This document shows, piece after piece, positions 52,301 to 64,000 of a DNA stretch of 64,000 nt. The notes beneath the pieces were generated by a model. That model was given only the letters and a program-made list of their open reading frames with translations, did no database searches and had not been told where the DNA came from. Position 1 is the stretch's first letter, and every line of letters starts with the position of its first letter. Both the position numbers and the translations under genes were made by a program. Source of the stretch: Paramecium tetraurelia. Its lineage: Eukaryota. The stretch lies in NCBI GenBank assembly GCA_000165425.1, contig CT868052.1:372001-436000 (forward strand), in the 5' to 3' direction.

Positions 52301-54949
52301 AACAGCAATACATAAATTGAACAGATGCCAGAAGGGTTGGGATTGATGATGTTAGAAGGTTAAATGATGGACATCTCAACATTTTAAGAGAATGATGGAG
52401 ACTTGAATGATGATAATATCATTGATAACTCGAATCTCCAAATAATTGATATTGTAAGTGTTCAGTCTACCAGCATACCTAATTTTAAAAGCAATTACTT
52501 ATTGCTTCCTTCTGGTTAATAGATATCATAATACAAATACTATTATGAGGATACTTAAGAACAAATACCATACAATTGGATATTTAGAATTTACAATTTG
52601 GATAAGAATAAAAATATCATAAAATCAGTTTCCTCTACTGAAACTTGCACTGTTTCAGGTCGTCTGATGGATGAATTAAATTTAGATTTCACTAAGTCGT
52701 TTCTGCTTAATTTCACTTCTTATTCGGCTACATTTTTTGATGAATCCAGCAACTCTTTTAATTTTGACAAATTATAGATATACTTCGACCCATTCTTAGC
52801 AGATAACTTATTCTTATAACTCAAATGTAATCACTTTATAATATACATTAGTCTAATGCACCTCCATATAGATCCCAATCTACAATCAACAACCTCCTTA
52901 CAATGTCCTTTCTTATAATAAAAACTACGCTCTATATCTGAATCTAAAAACCATTCCTTGCCAAATTGGAGAAGCCTACCTAGAATAAAAATGTACCGCA
53001 TGTAGCTAAGCAAATACTTATTCTGTTCAAGAGAATAGTGTTCAATGTAAAGGCATCAATTCAATTTAAATGGATATGGTTACTCCTGTTAGAATTAAAT
53101 TGAAAGAACAATATTGGCGGCCTTTTCCAAAAAACGATAATATTGAAGAATGCTATAACTTGAAGTCCAATTGTCTTGGAGGATGGGTTCCAGGTGATAC
53201 CTCCTGTTTTGATGGTCATGTAGGTGCTTTATGTGAATAATGTGACATCTATGGAATCAGAGGACCCTAATATTCAGTAAGTAAGAAATATACTTGTGGA
53301 GCTTGTTAAGATACTATTCAATCCAACATTCTCATCATAATTGCCATTTCGATTTTCACTCTGGTCACAATGATTATGTCCGTTAAAGGGAACTATGAAT
53401 TTATTGAGAACTTAATCCATCAGTAAGTTTTGTAATCCATTGGAGCCAGAATTAACATATAATAAAGTATATCAGTATTTATTAACTAGATAATGCATCC
53501 ATAATTATGAAGTAATTAACCAATTATTTATAAATCATTGCATCTTTAACTACTTTTAGAATTTCGATACCTGCTGCTTTTGTTTCGTCTATGGAAGTAT
53601 TGGGAAATCCAACTCAATCTATGGCCTACTCTCTAGATTGTTTTTTGGTGACTTTTGCAACTATGGATTTATTGTACTTCAGAATGGCTTGGGCATTATT
53701 GATGCCACTATTCTATATGATTGTATTCTTTTTTGGCTATTTTTCTGTTGTATTAATGAGAATAGCTCCATTTAAAATTGGAATCATTTACACTACATTT
53801 ATTTACATGTTCATCTATTTGTAGCCTACTTTAGTTGGAGGGTTCATTTCTTTATTGAGTTCGAGAACTGTCAGTGGAATAGAATGGGTCTAGAGCAATG
53901 TCAGTTATTAATATTATACTGATATGCATCAATATTATATTTACATCTTTATTGGTCCCAATTTATTTGTCTGGAGTCTCATGTTACCATTTATATTCAT
54001 GCATTTGATCAGAAGAAATAAGCATTAATTGGAGAGTATGGAAGTACGCAAGAGATGGGGTTTCTTCTATCATGAATATACCAATTAAGCCTATTTATGG
54101 GAATTTGTAAAAATCTTTGAGAAGGAACTTGTGATAATTTCCTTAACATTTTATGAGAATAAAATTGTTATTAAGGGATTAATGATATTTCTAATAGTAT
54201 TTTTGTATGGAGCATTTTCATTTACTTTTATACCTTACAAATAAAAGAAGTTGAATTTTATAGATTAGATGTCAACAGCAGCCTGTTCTTGCTCACTATG
54301 TTTAGGTGTTCTCATTTATGCCAGTATGAATGAAAATTTAGACTATTTATAATACATTATGTTCTTAATCATAATTATAATCAATGCTTGTTTGATTGCT
54401 TTGATCCTCTTTCATTTACTTGAAGGCTATATTAATAAATTCGACGATAAACTTGACATTGTAAGGGCCAAAATTAAATTAAAATTTCCAAACATTGAAT
54501 TCTAATACCCCTGTCTAAAAAAACTATTAATAAATAAGAAGGAAATGAAAGAGAAAGTGATTAATTATTGGGCAATCCTGAGATATGAGACTAGAGAGGG
54601 TATTAAAAGAAGAAGAAATGATAAAAATTCACCTTTATTAATCGAAAGAACTAAGAGATCTGGCTAGCTTTCTTAAGATTCATCTGAAAAGGATATAGAT
54701 ATTAAGCAAGGAAATTCATTAGATCAACAAGTAGAATTGAAGAGCCCAGATATTGAAAATAACGATGACGTCAAGTTACTCAAAAGACCAAGTTCGAATT
54801 ATTAAGGATTAATGATCTAATAGTAGCACTCTTTAGATTCATCTTAAATTCATTTAGGGAAAGTTTATCCAGAAACAAATTCTGATGTCCCTACTACTCG
54901 AAAAGTAGAAAATAGCTTGGAGAAAATAATAATCAAGAAGCCAATATGA
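46400..54949 (+). CDS. Giant membrane protein: furin-like Cys repeats + beta-helix (pectin-lyase/Pmp-like) + Cys-rich + multi-TM domain
   Basis: Signal peptide; C..C repeats at about 46500-48350; N..A..GG.I/FxxN motifs at about 50400-52300; CLGGW..GD..C..GHVGALCEQCD; several TM helices at about 53300-54420; roughly 2800 aa. Confidence 0.88.
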
Positions 54950-55293
54950 ATATTGAAAAATTTTTACAATTTTTTATTTTCCTTATGTTCCTCTTAGAGA
55001 TGGTTCATTATCAAATAATATCAAATTTATTTTAATCAAAAGTGTTCTCTTCTGTTTTCTGCATTTTTTATTAAAATATAATAGACTGATAAATTACTGG
55101 TTCATAATTATAATAACTTAATTGGCTAATTTAAACAAGTATATGTATCTATTACTTTACAATATATCAAGACAATCCATTTATTTTCTAAACCCTTCTC
55201 TATGATTTACTATATCTTGTCTTCATATACCATTTGATAATCCTTATTAAATCATTCTTAATTTAAATATACTAAATAAACAAAATAAGCAAA

Positions 55294-55530
55294 ATGGGTT
55301 GTTCAAATTAAAAACCAATTACGAGAAAATAAATCAATGTTTTAGAAGGAAATCCAATAAAACATGTATCCAATCAGTCTTAAGTAAACTATGGTTAAGA
55401 GTAAAGATTTATAATATCTTCCATTAATCAAAGAAAAAGATTTTGGTTTCATGCCATCCCTAAACTTAACCTATCTTCAAATGCTCTATACAATAAAAGA
55501 AAATTACGGTAAACAGTCCCAAGATTTTGA
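55294..55530 (+). CDS. Small protein with N-terminal MGC dual-acylation motif
   Basis: 78 aa, MGCSNQK...WFHAIPKLNLSSNALYNKRK. Confidence 0.6.
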
Positions 55531-56294
55531 TTGTTCTTAATGTGTATTTTTATATAATACTTATGAACAAAAAATAATCATTTTTTTAAAGCCAAGCCAA
55601 AAGAAATATTCTTCTATGATACTCATTCATCAAGAGTATTCATTTATGTGAAATCTAAGTCAAGCAATCCTAGAGTAGGCATAAATAAATTCATTGATTA
55701 CTTTATCAAACTGGTTTAAAAGTATATTTGCTTACGATTAGAATAAATTAAGGGTCTTATCCTAAATGTATTTTAAGTGAGTTTACAATATATATAAAAA
55801 AAGATAACATAGTATGAAAAATAAATATATATTCCTTTTTTTTAGTGTAGTTTATAAATTAAAATTTTTTTAATTATTAATTTTTATAAACATCTGATAA
55901 TTAAATTAGTTTATATCATATTAGTTTTACATTAAATAAAATTTAACACAGGTTGGTTTTGAATAAAAAATATAAAATATCTAATTATTATATATACATT
56001 TTGGTATTAATTTCCTTAGATAGAGAATCAGTTATGGATTTTCTGTTAATAATTCTATCTTTTTGAAACAGGGGTTAATAAATAAAATTTGCTCGTTCTT
56101 ATATGTAAAATAAAACAAGATAATTTTAGATCAGTAACTAACTTCTTCTTTGGTTGTATATTAATTATTTGCAGATTTAATTTATTTTATCTAATTCGTG
56201 AGAATACTAGGGTGATGCATTTAATTTTTGTTTAAATTAGTAATTATGTTTAAGGAATAAAGTATTCAAATCTATTATTATTATTAAAATTATT

Positions 56295-59200
56295 ATGAAA
56301 TCACTTAATCTATAATTTGGAGACAATCGATAGAATCAGAGAGAAGACATGTTTCTTGCTAACATAGTTGAAAAAGTATAATAAGGAAAAATTGGGTTGA
56401 TATCTTTTGTTGATCAAGCCTAATTCATTGATTTGATGACTTAGAAACACAAAAAGAAAGCAAAAGTATAACCTGCGTTTAATAAAATATTTGCAGCAAT
56501 TTAAATAAACTTGGCAAAGCATTAACAATCATAATAAAAGATTCAAGAAGTAAGTTATGAGATAAAAACAATATCGTCAACTCGATAATTAGGCTATAGA
56601 GGATCCTTTAATATCTCTAATAAAAGTGGTGCTCTGCTGTTACACAAGGATAGTAATCTAAAGGAACATCAAACAAATGAATTTAGTGATAAGGAGATTT
56701 TGGATTAGTAAATATTAGATGAAGCAACAAAAACAGAAAGAAGCAAGCGGAATTTAAGATTGTCTTAGATTACTTCAGAAAAAAATGAAATTAAAGGGGT
56801 TAGAACAATTCAAACTAGTCGTGATAATACTCAGGATTAGTTTTTGAAGTAAGATAATTTGTCAACAGCAAGGAATGAAAAATTAAATTATAATTTGTTG
56901 ACCCAAGAATAATCTGACCAATCTTAATCTTAAATCAAAATGGAATCCTAATAATCCTGCTTGATTCCAACTGAAAAATTGAGGTATGGTTTAAATACAA
57001 ACTTCACTTCTGAAATATCAAATGGATAAGTATAAAATTAATCTGCAACATTTAATAATTAATAAGAATCTAATTAACAATAGCCTTTAACATCTAGAAA
57101 ATAATCTGATGTCTTATTAAAGTCAATTAAAGGCAGTTATCCTTAAAAGGCATATTTAATAAGCTAACAAGAAAACAGCTCAAGGAAAACTTTAACACCA
57201 ATCCAACAAACAAAATTACCTCCCGTACTCGATCCAAATTAAAGACATAATGAAACTAATTAATAAACAAAATCTGTCAGCAAGGCTGAAAAATAGTAAA
57301 ATGTGATTAAAAATTAAAAAGCCACTCATCGACAGCAATAATCTTAATAAGAATTTAAATAATAGAAAAGAATATAGCATAAGCCTTAACAATCTTTAGC
57401 TGCAAAACAAAAGCCATTATTAGAGCAAGGAAAATAATAGTAATAATAATAACTATTAACATAAGAAACCAGTTTTTGTGGTAATATTAATAATTCATAA
57501 AAACCATCAAGAAGGGACATAGATGAAAGACAATAAGAAAGTCCCTAATTTTTAAGGACAGATCTCATAGAAGATATGGTTATAACAAATTCTCCTTAAT
57601 AATCACAACCTAAGGACACTCGATAAACAACTCATTTTAAACAAGATATAAATGCCTTAAATATAAGTGAACATTCATTTCAGTCTAAGAAACATACAAT
57701 AGACTAATATGATATTAATTCATTGATGCCTCCATAATCTTCAAGGACTTTAACTTCAGCATAGAAAGATAAGATAGATTAAAGAAATCATGATAGCAAT
57801 AATTCTGAGACTGACCAAAAGCAACACAAGAATTAGTTGACAGTTACTTTTAAGAGAGGATCAAAGCGAATGAAATCTCACAATGTTTAAGGGAATGAAA
57901 ATGAATATGATCAATAGGAAGATGAAAAAAAGAGAAGATACTCATAAGAAAGATTATTCAAAAGTGACAATAGATTTGAAAAGCTTGAAGAAGATAGATA
58001 TTAATATACCATAAATAATTTAGAACAAAGTGGTAGTTCTTCTGACTTAAATAATTATGAAAATGAAAATAATAATAATTAAATAAATATCTAAGTAAGT
58101 AGATGTGATAATCGTGAAAATATCATAGAGGAGGAATCCTTAGACGGTTCTATGAGACAACATCAAGCAATACTATTTTCAACTTAGGATAGAATGCATT
58201 TAAAGATTGGGGACAATTCATATCTTCCTTAGTCTTCTTCAAGAAGTGTAGCCAAATCTATTACACCAAATACTCCTGTGGGTTCTGTTTATACTGCTTA
58301 GCATAGTACTAATGGCACTGTTCAAAATACCTAGGTTTAAAGGAAGAGGAAGTAGGCTAATTAGCATAAACGACCTCAACTTTCAAATGAGTATTCTCAA
58401 ACCAAAATTTCCATACAGAAATAAAAGTCTGAAGATAGCTATTATGAAAAGGAATACACAAATGAATCTTCCCAAGAGCCAGAACGATCTAGCAGATTGA
58501 AACCAAAGAAACTATAATAGAAATTGTAACCACCTTTGACCTAAATTTAATAATAAAGAAGAAAATCATCTACTCAAGTTTCTCCAATGGATGTAATTCA
58601 TATTTTATGATTTTATCATTAGCCCAGAAAAGCTGAATAAATGGAGAGGGAAAAATAAAAGTAGTTGGATTACTAGAAATAAATTGAAAGGATGAAATTA
58701 GAAAGGGAATTAATGGAATAGTATAAGATTCCTGAAGATATGCCTCTCCCTTAAAAGAAACAAATTATCGAATCCCTCATTGGCGAATTGAGTCATCAAC
58801 ATGACCAAGAAATTCATTATTAAGTCTCTCTATGTAAAGTTTATTTTATACTTTAGATAATGAAAGATAAGATTAAATTTCAAATATCTAAAGAAATTAT
58901 GAAGAAAAGATAGATTTTAGATATAATATTGTGAATAGTTGTTATTATGAGATGGATTATTTGTGCGACCACAAGTTGAAATTAAAATAAAAAGATCAGG
59001 AAGCTCAAAAAATTATACACTTGAAATTTCAAGATCAAAATTATAATAATCAACCTAAATTAAATTAAAATGGAGATAAAGAGGAAGAAGAAGAGGGCTC
59101 TCCTTTTAAAAAATAAAGTAAGTTGGTATGCAATTTTGATCCAGTGGAAATAGAAAACCAATTAAAACGAAGAGGTGAATTTATGAATGAAACTGAACTT

Positions 59201-59467
59201 CTCAAATTTCTTAAATAATTTTAATCTGAATTCGACAAAAAAGTTTATTAATGCAATCTCGATCATCCTATATAAGATAATAGATAAGATGATAAACAAT
59301 TCACTAGAGGGCTCATAGCTCGCAATTTCAGAAGAAAACAGACTAAAAATATCACATCCAAAATCGAATTTAACAATTATTAAATGGATATGAATAAAAT
59401 TTAATATGTTAAGGAAAAAGCTACTAAAATATAAAAACTAGGGTTATATCTTTTAATGAACTCTTGA
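56295..59467 (+). CDS. Large Q/S/N-rich low-complexity protein
   Basis: About 1040-codon code-6 frame with 2 short introns near 58590 and 58830. Confidence 0.75.
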
Positions 59468-59676
59468 TATAATAAAAATATTGCCAATTATTTTTATTAA
59501 ATAATTATTAATTACAATAATCTTAGAAATCTTTTTAAGCATAGTCAATTATATTAATTAGAGAGGTGGGTATTATTCTTGTCATTTTTCTTAAGAAACA
59601 ATCAATTTGATTCTTAAAATTAATATTTTTTGAGCCCATTTATATAAAATTTAATCTTAATTATTAATATAATTAT

Positions 59677-60319
59677 ATGACCAATAGAGTTTATTAAAAT
59701 TAGTCATAGTAGATAGAAGAAGATTGTTTATTTGTTTCACAGTAAAATTTATTTCCATTAAAGAATTCATGATGAATCTTAAGCTTAAAAGACTCTTAGT
59801 TATCAAATGCCCAATGTAAAATAGTACAAATCAGATACTCAAATATCTCATATGAGCACTTTTACCATTCTTTGTAAAATAAATCCCATTAATCCTCCTG
59901 ATACTCCAAAGGAAATTAAAACTTTTAAATTAAATAAGGATCAATAAAATCAAATATAAGTAAAACAATGCTCAAAACAATCTTTCAAACAGGATGACTC
60001 CTTCATAAAATAAAATGAAAATCAATATTCAGAGAAATATAAAAGAAGAAGACCTATTTTAGTTGCCAGGCATTCAAAAAGTTTGTCATGTATCAAAAAA
60101 GAAAAATCAGTCCGTTTTCATCTGGAAAAAGATGAAAGTAGCTTTTAATTTTACATTTTCTAAAATTGGATTCAAAAAGTAAAAAAAACTAACGAATAGA
60201 TTTGTTCCTTAAAGAGATTCGATGAAGATGTATCATTAAATAGTAATGGAGCAAAGAAAATATTCGAAAAAATTCATAAAAAATATGAATCTAAATTACA
60301 TTTCTAATTTCCTTTTTGA
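59677..60319 (+). CDS. Hypothetical protein with KSVRF motif
   Basis: Frame restored by a 22-nt intron at about 59742-59763. Confidence 0.6.
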
Positions 60320-60809
60320 ATTTACTTGTTTTTTTATATTTGGGTATTTATGATTATTTATTTATTTCCAATGTTATACTGAAATATTTTTCTTTTTATT
60401 GAACTATTTTGAGCACTAATAAATAATTAATATAAAAAGAAATTTATGATATTATTCAATTATTTTATTAACTTTATTTGATCAGAATAATTAAATTTTT
60501 CAAATAAGTTGTGAAATGTCATCTTTAGTTGAGCTTTATTAACAAATAAACTATGACTTACAATGTTAAATTTGAGTTTATTTATTACCCATGACCATGA
60601 AAATACTTATTAGATTAATTTTCTTATTATGGCCATATATTCTCTTCATTTTTTAAAGATATTAATTAAGTTTAATGCACAAATATATACTTATTTTAAA
60701 TTAAAAGTGAATAAATACAATTATTTTGAAAATGATGAAAATTTCAATTCTCACAAAAAAAGTAAGCAAAATAATTTTGTTGTTCTTTTATTGTATTCTT
60801 CCTTTATAT

Positions 60810-61530
60810 TTAAATTAAAAAAATTTTGATTGTAATACCCTGAAATTAAAACTTCGTTTTTAGCGTTGATAGAACTCTATTGATTATATAAACTGATTAA
60901 GGTATATATAATTATTTTAAATTTTACTTAATAGTAAGAAAGAGTAAGAACAATAAATTTAAAATTATGAGATTTATGAAATTAGTTATGAATATTTAAA
61001 TTTAATTATGGGATGGCATCATAAACTTAGATTCAGGAGCCTGCATCAGAATTATAATAAGTATAACTTAGTCTATCCGATTTTTAAGTAAAACTAATGT
61101 GTTGAATTCAAAGTTTTGACAGAATATATTATATATAAATCATAATTAATCAATATCTAGTAAAATTATTGGTTTGTTTTAAATAACTAGCAAAAGATTT
61201 GTGGTAAAATTTGTTTTTGTTTTTAACCAAGATATTTTAACTCACAAATTAATTATCCTATTCTAAATAGTCTGCCAAGTTACTGCAAAATAAATCAAAT
61301 ACTTAATATGCAAATAATAGTTATAGCGTATTGAAATTGATTTTGAGAGATTATATAATTACTTTTTAGCATTTTTAATCTTAATTCTATTTATTGAATT
61401 ACTAGAATGATATTTACAAAATTTATAATATCTTAGATTATAAGAAGATAGCCAACATATTTTCAAAGGTTATAATTTATAGGCTATTAATATTACAGGA
61501 GTCCATGGTAATTTCAATTTAGGAATGAAC
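60810..61530 (+). pseudogene. Possible heavily decayed small GTPase (Rab-like) pseudogene
   Basis: Ordered fragments in mixed frames: KTSFL, IQIQLWD, RFRSL, IIVIA..ID, A.N.TGV. Confidence 0.35.
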
Positions 61531-61687
61531 TTATATTTTAAAGAAATTAGGATATTATTTCATTCAAAAATGAATGTTTTAAATGCTCTATAGTAGAATA
61601 ATTCCTTTACATTAGAGAAGGAATGAGAATGTTTAATTAGTGGAAAATTTGTATTAAATAATTAAAAGATTTATTTAGTATTTTGAA

Positions 61688-62221
61688 ATGGGAAAATTGT
61701 AAGTATTAGACTAATGTTAAGCTTAAAACCAGGACGTTTAGTAGTAATGTTGGCAGGCAGATAAGCAGGAAAGAAAGCCATTTTGATAAAGGCAAATGAA
61801 GAGACAACAAAAGTATATAATAGGAAAATTAATTAGGATTGCAAATTCCCAAATGGTTTGGTTGTTGGAATTTAAAGATACCCAAGAAAGGTAACAAAGA
61901 GAATGGGTTAAAAACAAATTAGAAAGCGAACAACTTTAAAGGTTTTCATTAAGCAATTAAATCTGAATCACATTATGCCAACAAGGTTAGGAATGGCTAT
62001 ATAATTATATTAGATATAGATTAGAAGAATCAACTTTGAAAGAAGTGAGAGATAGAATTGAAAGAGTGAAAGAGTCAGAATTGAAGAACGTTGAAAAGAG
62101 AAAAGACTTGAGAAAGAATTTGAGAAGATACTTGGCTGAGAAATACAGAACATTACCAGCAGGAAGTTTGGCTGATAAGAAGGCATAATCAAGATTCCTA
62201 TTTTCAAAATTGAGGTTCTGA
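61688..62221 (+). CDS. RPL27: 60S ribosomal protein L27 (eL27)
   Basis: MGKFLKPGRLVVMLAGRQAGKKA...RYPRKVTKRMG...NHIMPTRY...FLFSKLRF*; 3 introns. Confidence 0.97.
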
Positions 62222-62308
62222 TTTATTACATAAGTATAATTGCATTAAGAAATGTATTTAGTATAAATTGTCTTGTTTATAATGTTCTTAAATGAGGGTA
62301 ATTATATA

Positions 62309-63547
62309 TCATTATTGTTACTATTGCTTTAATTTTCTTTGGGTTCTAGTGAAATAAAACTTGGCCTTCTCTTCTTGAGTTTAGAAACGTCCTAATAAAA
62401 TAGAATTGAGATAATACCATGTCCAATTTTGGATGATGTATCAACAAATTTGAGAGTGATTTCTTCCAAAGCCTTTCTGCTAGTTTATGGAACAAGAGAC
62501 TTTCTCAACAAGACGACTCTCTTCTTGGGTCCAACAATACCTCCCTTGAGCATGAGGAAATCGTTTCTGATTTCACCATAGTGTGGGAAACCACCCAATG
62601 GAGTGATTGCCTTTGAAGTCAAATCGGCTTCGGTAGATGCAGTGTTCTTATCTCCAGCAGCACCAATTCTGTAGATCTTCTTGTTCATTTCAGTTCTGTG
62701 ATGGTAACCCAATTGACCAGTTCTGGCAACACTGTATCTGACATTGGCTGGATGCCATCCTCCGATACAACCAACTCTTCTCCAACCTCTATGGGTCTTC
62801 TTTTGTAAATGCTTAACACCAAATCTCTTGATGACACCAGCAACTCCCTTACCCTTGGTGACACCGAGAACGTCAATTTATTCGTTTTATTTGAAGACTT
62901 AATCTACTTTGACTTCCTTTTCTAATAATCCCTTGGCATAGTTAACTTTTTATTCTGTTGTGCCTCCATTGACTTGAACTTCAAAGACGTGATTCTTCTT
63001 TTATCTCAAGTTCAATTTGCTCATTTGAGTGTGAACAATGACTCTGACAACTTAGCAATATCTAAAGAGTTTAATTAATATTTTTACTTAACGATTCTCT
63101 TTAATTGAGTTTCCAAATTCTTTGGCTCAGCATTAGCCTTGTTATAATTGGTGAAAGCCTTCTTCTTTGAGTTGATCCAATTCTTATAGAATCTTCTCAA
63201 TGTGTCCTTGGCAATTTTAGTACTCCAAACAGTGGTCAAAGCTCTTAATCCTCTTGGTGTTTCGATATATCCAACAATACCGACGACAGCCAAAGGTGGG
63301 GTTTCAACGATGGTGACGGCTTCAACAACTTCCTTTCCATTCAATTTTGATCCTGGTCTTTCAACAGTTCTCAAGATGTGGGTCATACCAGCCTTGAATC
63401 CTGCAAAGGCTGTCAAGTGAACTGGAGATGATTTGTTGTCTTTTAAAGGGAGAAGTCTCGGATTCTTCCTCTGTGATGCTTTGTTCTCTTTCTTGGTGTA
63501 AATCCAAGATTTCCATGTCTGGGTGCCTCAAACTTTCTGTGGGACAT
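62309..63547 (-). CDS. RPL3: 60S ribosomal protein L3 (uL3), with an apparent frameshift near 63450
   Basis: [43 protein letters not shown]; 2 introns. Confidence 0.97.
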
Positions 63548-63848
63548 TTAATATATAAAAAAATCTTTAAAATTTTTTAAATCCCTTTTCAAATTTAATG
63601 CTTAATTATTTATGTTTTATTATTAATCTTATATACATTCAATAATGGTTTACTACTACTCTTCTAGAATCTCTCAAATCTTCTCTAAATGAAAATTCAA
63701 TTAGAGAAGATATAAGAGATTCTTAACCTTTCTAATCAGCATCATCAATATTGTCATCCTACTTTCATCTTAGAAGTAGATGTAGAATAGTTGATTCTCT
63801 TCAAACAAACTTAATCATTATATTTATTTATTGAATTAATATAAAATT

Positions 63849-64000
63849 ATGTAAGCCAATCAAGTTCAATTTCCCAACCAAAAGTACAAAACGCAGCTTT
63901 GCAGACACTTCAGTAAATTATAATGTGAATTTTAGTAACAAATGGAAATTGTGCTTTAGGAGCAAGATGTTAATTTGCTCATGGAAGACAGGAGCTTAGA
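63849..64000 (+). CDS. CCCH zinc-finger protein, TIS11/TTP-like (partial)
   Basis: KYKTQLCRHFITNGNCALGARCQFAHGRQELR after removing a 23-nt intron. Confidence 0.9.

Noticed and set aside
1..64000. Transposons, retained IESs, CRISPR arrays, tRNA/rRNA, telomeric tracts
   Set aside because: None seen; IESs cannot be called without a MIC/MAC comparison

Overview
AT-rich, gene-dense eukaryotic DNA that reads as a ciliate macronuclear chromosome segment, almost certainly Paramecium. TAA/TAG encode Gln, TGA is the only stop, and introns are tiny (about 21-32 nt, GT..AG), so the supplied standard-code ORF track is mostly fragments or artefacts. Re-reading by hand with genetic code 6 gives about 40 protein genes. 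Recognisable ones are RPL17, RPL27, RPL3, H2A.Z, CK2-beta, PDIA6-type PDI, UROD, a Rab2-like GTPase, an HSF, an AGC kinase, an OTU deubiquitinase, a PHD finger, a GTSF1-type double-CHHC protein, VPS37-like, SNX8/Mvp1-like, multi-p25alpha, La-related, RPA1-like OB-fold and GATase proteins, and an 8.5-kb giant membrane protein. The most notable unexplained signal is a ~190-nt multi-hairpin intergenic element at 38896-39089 (candidate ncRNA). All domain calls are by-eye motif recognition with no database searches, and start codons of hypothetical genes are provisional.
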